Below, piece by piece: positions 25,465 through 64,000 of a DNA stretch of 64,000 nucleotides. Source of the stretch: Hydrolagus colliei (lineage: Eukaryota); assembly GCA_035084275.1 (NCBI GenBank), contig CM068756.1:5270001-5334000 (forward strand), read 5' to 3'. The notes beneath the pieces are model-generated. The model did no database searches. It was not told where the DNA came from and was given only the letters and a program-made list of their open reading frames with translations. The translations under genes and the position numbers were made by a program. Numbering within the stretch: the first letter of the stretch is position 1; each line of letters opens with the position of its first letter.

Positions 25465-25808
25465 AGCAGGCGCTGGCCTGCTCCTTGTCCCCTGCCCCAC
25501 CACTGCCTGACAAGCCTTTAGTCTCTCTGTCCCCAATCTCCGGAGCTCTATCCCGCAGCCCCTCCACCTCGCCCCATCCCTGGCCTCCTTTCAAGTCCCG
25601 CCTCAAGATCCTCCTCTTCGACGGTCCCATGGATCAACTCTCCGAATCCCCTCCTTTCCCCTCCCTTCCCCCCCCACCCCCTCCCATCCCCTCCTCCCAT
25701 CCCTGTCCCCAGCTCGGATGTGAAACGATGACCGTCCAGCTCCTCGGGACGCCCTCCTGACCGCGAAAGGCGATATCTGCGACAAGTGTAATTTTTGTGG
25801 TTGTTGTC
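25465..25808 (+). mobile_element. Second, more degenerate L2 3' fragment
   Basis: CTGGCCTGCTCCTTGTCCCC...TTCAAGTCCCGCCTCAAGATCCTCCTCTTCGAC...GAAAGGCGATAT; parallels 24553-25092. Confidence 0.7.
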
Positions 25809-26161
25809 GGGATAGAGTCAGCCAGACACAGATTGAGGAGAGTAACGGAGAGAGAGAGAGTGTCCGAGAGAGAGAGAGAGAGAGAGTCAAAGGGAAGGCG
25901 ATGGCTCCTGACCATTCCCAGTGATTTCCAACTGGATCACTCCTCACTCAGTGGGCAGTGTGATTGCTGGGGGAGGTGGAGTCACTGCCTGTCACCAGCT
26001 GTTTGTCTGTTACTAACGGAAACTCACTAGACACCCCCCCCCCCCCCCCCCCCACACACACACAGACACAGACAGACACACACACAGACAGACAGACAGA
26101 GAGAGAGAGAGTGTGTAACTGTCACTGCCTTCTGTCCCCACAGTTTGGGCAGCAAGTGAAG

Positions 26162-58442
<32,281 letters not shown>

Positions 58443-60239
58443 TACGATTGCTGGCAATGTTTCCACATTAAATGCTTCCACAAATTAAGTTTTATTTTCT
58501 ATTCTTTGTGCTACAAATGCTTAGTGCATATCGCAAAGTGATTTTGCAGTCTCTCCATTTTACAAATGTGTTTTTCCTTTGCCATTCAACACTTAAATTA
58601 GTTTTAATTCATCACTCAGCTGGAAGCATTGAGTTTAGATTTTGTTCATCTTTGTAATCGCTCCAAGACCTATTAAAATTGTTTTGATTTCAACCCGTGT
58701 TACTGAGAGTTGATCATTAGTTTAGATTTACTTACATTACATTATTTTAATGATTAGTTTAGCAACATCCATTGGTTCATATTTTCTGGGTTCCAAATAT
58801 TGTGTAATTGTTATCGAACAGCAGAATTTCATTGAGTTTTAGAATATAGAGTTTAAGGCACAGGGCAACGTATGAAAACTGAGACAAAGAAAAGCATTTG
58901 TTCCAGAGGTTAATTCTGATAATTGATACAGAATACATCACAGCTGAAAAGGTAATATTATATAGAATCGTACAACTTTACAGCACAGGAAGACCCTTTG
59001 GCCTATTGCTCTGTGGAGGGTGTCTGAATTTTTTTATGGTCAGCATGATGTCTGACATGAAACAGCAATCCCGAGTCACATTTATTTTCTTCTTATAGAA
59101 AATTTAATTACAATGATATTTGTTAGTGCAGCACAAGACTGTATAACCTGTGGGATTTAATTGCTTGTGTCTATTACGTTTCTTTAAAACTTTGGGACTG
59201 GCCAGTTGAACCGCAATGGTTTCTGTGTGTTCTGTGCAGTTGGAATTGGTCATAACTCTGCTCTTCCAATTTAAATGTTACCTGCTTTCTGCAAATTATA
59301 TTTTGTCCTTTACTTTTGATGTTTATGGATTTTGTGTGCTGACATTTTACTGTCATTAAGTGAACTAAAATCCTAATCATTTTGATTTCTAGAAGTCCTA
59401 TGTTCAAACTTCACGTTTAGAAACTTTTTCCATTTCATGAAAAGCATAAAATCGATAATGAGTATGGCAATATTCATGCATTTTGCTGTGGCAACTAAAA
59501 ATTAATTACAAGGTGATATCTCTGAATGTGTCAGAAACAGTCGCTCTTTGTTTTAATCTGAATGATTTAAGAAATAACTGATAGATATTTATTGTAGACT
59601 GCCTCAAGTTCTATTTCGCATGAGGTTTTTGAATTGTACATCACACTTTGTATTGTTTTTACAGGTTTTCTTTTTTCTCATTCATTTTGTAAATTATACT
59701 TATAATATTTTGCGTGATTTTGTTTTCCCTCAGACCTTTGCACCACCATCGCTATCTGTTAGAATGAAAAAATATTACTACTTGCAGTGTTCGGGCATAA
59801 CCAATGCACAGCAACCAAGAGTTATGAACCGAGAAGTAAAATTAGCAGCCACAACCACTTTAACATAATACTATAACACCTCCCCTATTGCTGGTTTTAG
59901 TGCATCCAAGGCCTCAGAAAGTATGTAGAGATTCAGGCAATGCCAGGAGAGTAAGACAGCACTGTTGAAGTATTAAGCAAGCATTACATTGTGAAAGCAT
60001 TCTATATTTGAAATGAATAATTTCTCAAGGTAACATACAAAGTGAATCAGAGTTTCTGTTTCGAGGTTCGCAGTTCTCCAGGAGTGGATACAGTAACTGT
60101 TATTTTTATAATTGTTTTAATGTTGCATATAATACTTACTTTTGCAATACTTTAGAGGCAATGGAGAACAATTGTTCAAGGTAAGTAAACTATTCATATA
60201 AGGTGTTTGGATGTGATAAAGTAAATCTGAAATAATACT

Positions 60240-60430
60240 TTTGGATTCACCAGGAAAGATCAGGTTCAGAGATGCGATGGGTAAATTTAGGACAAGAACT
60301 AGGAGGTTTTTATTAAACACTGAAGATTGTCAAACAGTGACTTATTGGGAAGTTCGATTGAGGCTATGGATTCATTTTAAGAAAAGCCTTGTACAGACAG
60401 AAATATCAAGAGATAGTTGTGATTAAAGAC
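60240..60430 (+). mobile_element. Degenerate CR1 3' fragment
   Basis: GKFRTRTRRF...-like peptide and ATTCATTTTAAGAAAAGCCTTG resemble a CR1 ORF2 end; frameshifted. Confidence 0.5.
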
Positions 60431-61622
60431 TTGTTATAGCTGTAATTTAAATTTCAGCTGAGCCTTTAATAAGTGAAATGCTATATTTCTGCCAATATTT
60501 GGGTTGTGGTCCCAGTGTCTTGGGACGTCCTCCTGACGTGAAAGGCACTGTACAAATGTAATTTGTTGTTCTTGTTTTCTGAATATTTTACAATGAGAAT
60601 GTGAACCCTGTAAAGCTGGTGAATCTCCTACCAAGATGTCGGGTCAAGCAACTTTAAAAACCTAAAGCAACCAACAGAGGCAAGTACTGGCACTAATGCA
60701 TTCATGTTCATTCATGTTATTTTTCTGACATTAAAACAACAAAGGCAGAATCAGAAATTATCCCAAAGGAGCTGAAGAAGGCAGGCTTGTGATTTAAAAG
60801 CAGAAATCCTGAAATGTAGCACTTAACTGGCAATTTACATGCCAGTATAAGAATGCTGAGTTAAGTACTAGAAACAGTTCATTCTATAATATTCAAAAGA
60901 AAGTTTCTGTGTGTGTTATGCATTCTATGAATTCATCAGAAAGCAGTCTCTCCAAATAGTGGATTTAATTTAACTGCTTCACTCCTATAACTGATCATTT
61001 GTTCTGAAATTTGTTTCATTTGTTTTCTGGTCCCAAAACAGACTGTTTAAGTAATTTAAAAATAGGACTTAAGTTTGTTAACTTGAGGTTAATACTGCAG
61101 TAAATTGGTGCAGAACTTTGGGTTGATTTTATTTTGGGGAAGAGGGATGTAAAAATGTGTCCATCCGATTCTTTGCAAACTACACAAGATGGCAGTCTAC
61201 CCCAGCCTCCATCCAACAGTGATTTGAGCTGGCGGCTAGGGGGCATGCAAGAGCAAACCAGGGATGACACAATATTCCCATCCCATGACTGGCCTCCCTC
61301 TTCCGGGAAAGCATAATAAAGTACCAAAATGTTGGAAAATAATACAAGAAAGCGTGAATGAAAAATAAGCAATTCAGCTGGGCAACTGATAACGTTAATT
61401 CTTCTCCACATCACCATTGTTCAAGTTTCCTTACTTTCGCAACCCACACAGTCCCTTCATTACCCCATTGAGAGGAATTTAATTCTAATTCATTTGGCCT
61501 CTGTGGAAGGAATGGATTAAATGTCCTTTTAATTCCCCTGTGCTTATCATTGTAGTGCAGTACAAGTCATGCAAAATAATGGGTTATACTGTAGGTGATA
61601 GTTAATAACTTAATAGGGAATT

Positions 61623-61955
61623 TAACAACAGCAACACAAACAATTTGTACTTGTATAGGGCCCTCCATGTTGATGTTTTTGTGAGTGAAACACAGCAGCT
61701 AATTGCAAATAGCAGTGTCCCTACAAACAGTCATGGATTGAGTGACCAAATTATTATTGTTATTTTTCAAAGGATTATTACCTCTGGAGAGCAATCTGCC
61801 AGGAGGAACCTGGACTAGCATCCAGGTTCCTCCTTACTGCTGGGTAAACTGGCGTTTGGAGTAAGGAAACTTGCCTAAAGTTTTGTTCTGCCCGGAAAAT
61901 GAACCCGGTTCCTGTTGCTTCTGAGGCGAGTGCTCCAACCAATACATTTCAGGTC
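61623..61955 (-). mobile_element. Older or longer variant of SINE family A with an extra internal hairpin segment
   Basis: Head and core match family A, but about 65 extra nt (61781-61850) lie between them. Confidence 0.75.
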
Positions 61956-62651
61956 TTCACCACTTTGGATCAATGGATCGAATGGCCTTTTCTGATTCCT
62001 GCTGTTCCTTGTGTTTGCGTTTTATTCTTCTTTTCAATAGTGCCACGTTTAGTTTATAATTAGGGGGATGTGATGGCAGTAGACTTTACACCATATATTA
62101 ACTGGTGTCAGTTCACTGCATGACTTTGTTGAAATTATTAGACAGCTAATTCATTAAGACAGCAGACATGCTAGAACCCCGATAGCAATGGACAAAACGC
62201 CTTACAATCTGATAAATTCTACCAGGGCAGGTGGATTGCAAAACTGTAATAATTTGTAAATTCTGCCGAAGGTTTTCAATCTTCTATTCAGCCTTGAGGT
62301 GCTGGACGTAAGGTTTTGATCTGGTCTGCTTCAACAGTTTTAAAACATTGTAAGGATTTTTTTTCTTCTACCTCTCTAATCTAAAAAGTAGCTTGCAGCA
62401 AAATGCTGCACATTGTCACTCTACATTTTGTAATAGCCTTGGCAGATTCATATTCAGTCAGATTCAGAGATCACTTTTACATAGAGAAATCCAGATCACA
62501 TAGGCAACATTGTCGGGTGTTTTTAAGAACATCAGATTTCACATGTTGAAGTAATCATTCCCGCTGGGCTTTCTGTGGTCCTCTGCAAAAGGATTTTTTT
62601 TTACTGTTCATTCTATTCCAATGAACAAAAAAAAACTTTCTTTTCAGCAAG

Positions 62652-63513
62652 TGTTGGGATTTCCGATCCCGAGAGTTCAAATGATGACTCAACAATTCCT
62701 AATAAAAGGTATGGTTTGTAATATATATATAAACTCACACAGTGTGAAATACAGACTGATTAAAATACAGAGGTATACTATCAGTTAAAACAAGATTCAG
62801 CTGAAACTAATGTCGGTTGGTCTCAAGATGGTGTTCTTTCTGTCTGCTGCTGTACTCACGCCTTATCTGGACCAGTCCTGCCGGTCTACAGATCTAACAG
62901 ATCTAACTCTGCCTGTAAAACAAAACAACTGGAACCATGACCCGTTCCAGTAGTTCTGGACAACAGTGGCAGGCTGGAGATCTCGGTTCACCCTTAGACA
63001 CTCCACAACTGTTGTAATGAGCCACTCTTTCTCTCCTATCTTTATACCCAGAAATCCTCCTGACCCATGACCAGTCCAAACCTTACCCTCATCTCTGATG
63101 TTGTAACATCTTCTTTGTCTAATAATATTAATGGGAGCTACAGAGAAATGTAAACATAGTACCTTCCTTATCTTAGTACCAATCAAGGGAAGAACACTTT
63201 GTTTATGCTAACCTCCTTAGCTGACATTCTTCCTGGCTGGTACCAAGATTTGTGGTCCCATCATTCATCCCTTTCTCTGTCCAATCTGGGACAGGAGGGA
63301 GTCTTGTTTGCATTACTCTGCTGTCCCTACAATAGTTGTTTGTTTACACTCGAAGACGTTAGATACGCATTCCATTCTCCCAATCCTAGCTTCAAAGCTC
63401 TACCTTGTGTCCAGATGGCCCTTACCTCATACTCCCCAAATCAAGGGTCATAAACTGGTACCATCCAGTCTATGGTGCCCATACGTTTTAACCATACCCA
63501 TCAGTTCCCAACA
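62652..63513 (-). mobile_element. Solo LTR (862 bp), ERV class I or Gypsy type
   Basis: CAAG|TGTTGGGA ... TCCCAACA|CAAG: 8-bp inverted termini with TG..CA ends and a perfect 4-bp TSD. Minus-strand TATAAA at 63046-63041 and GTGAGT donor at 62859-62854 suggest the orientation. Confidence 0.85.
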
Positions 63514-64000
63514 CAAGTTCAGATAACTAGGTTTTGCTATTTTATAGTCTTTGCTTAACATTTGTTTTTATGATGGATGCAATGTTTTCCTTCCAGGTTT
63601 GTGACTTTCTTATTGCGTAATTTGTTTGTAGATGAAATCAAATCCGCACTGAAGCATTACTTCTGCTATGAGCCAAGGTAAAAATGAACACGTAATAAAA
63701 TTGTTGAATGTTATTTTCTTACCACTTTTTTCTTTCTGGTGAACTTATTTGTTCTATCGTTCATCTAAAAATATACAGTCAAATTTTGAAATTACTGAAA
63801 ATGAATTTTTCTTGAGTTTTGACAGCCCAAGTTCTGCAGTATCTTTTTTAGACAAATATTGTAGTTCTATTTTCTAACTTTCTAACACAAAAGAGTACCA
63901 CAGCATATCTCCAAAATTTATCTCAAGATAGGCAAGCACAGTGTTACCAGACATTTGAGACCTGTTTTCTTGTCCAAAGAAAAGTGCCGTATATTATTAC

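Noticed and set aside
62863-63526. ORFs of 72-107 aa near the window end as the start of a next gene
   Set aside because: They lie almost entirely inside the solo LTR and show no recognisable motifs.

Overview
Vertebrate genomic DNA. The repeat content (tRNA/Deu-domain SINEs with L2 tails, shark-type CR1 and Penelope relics, LF-SINE-like relics) suggests a cartilaginous fish, possibly a chimaera; that is an inference. Four protein-coding genes can be built with GT-AG boundaries and consistent exon phases. (1) The last 9 coding exons of PHLPP2 (+, 313-8165; LRR end, PP2C-like domain, C-terminal DTAL). (2) MARVELD3 (-, CDS 21672-16316) with two alternative terminal exons, each encoding a full MARVEL domain. 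(3) A complete 20-coding-exon CEP89 (+, 26162-58442, about 906 aa). (4) A single-coding-exon RNF182-like RING/transmembrane E3 ligase (-, 48562-47837) nested antisense in a CEP89 intron. Non-coding features include many copies of one SINE family, two Tc1/mariner-type non-autonomous elements, a solo LTR with a 4-bp target-site duplication (TSD), a candidate mini-Helitron, a Penelope-type minimal hammerhead motif, and an unexplained GC-rich island with double-pseudoknot pairing potential. There is a 293-N assembly gap at 26529-26821. Gene and repeat names come from remembered homology, not from database searches. I found no clearly new multi-gene system.
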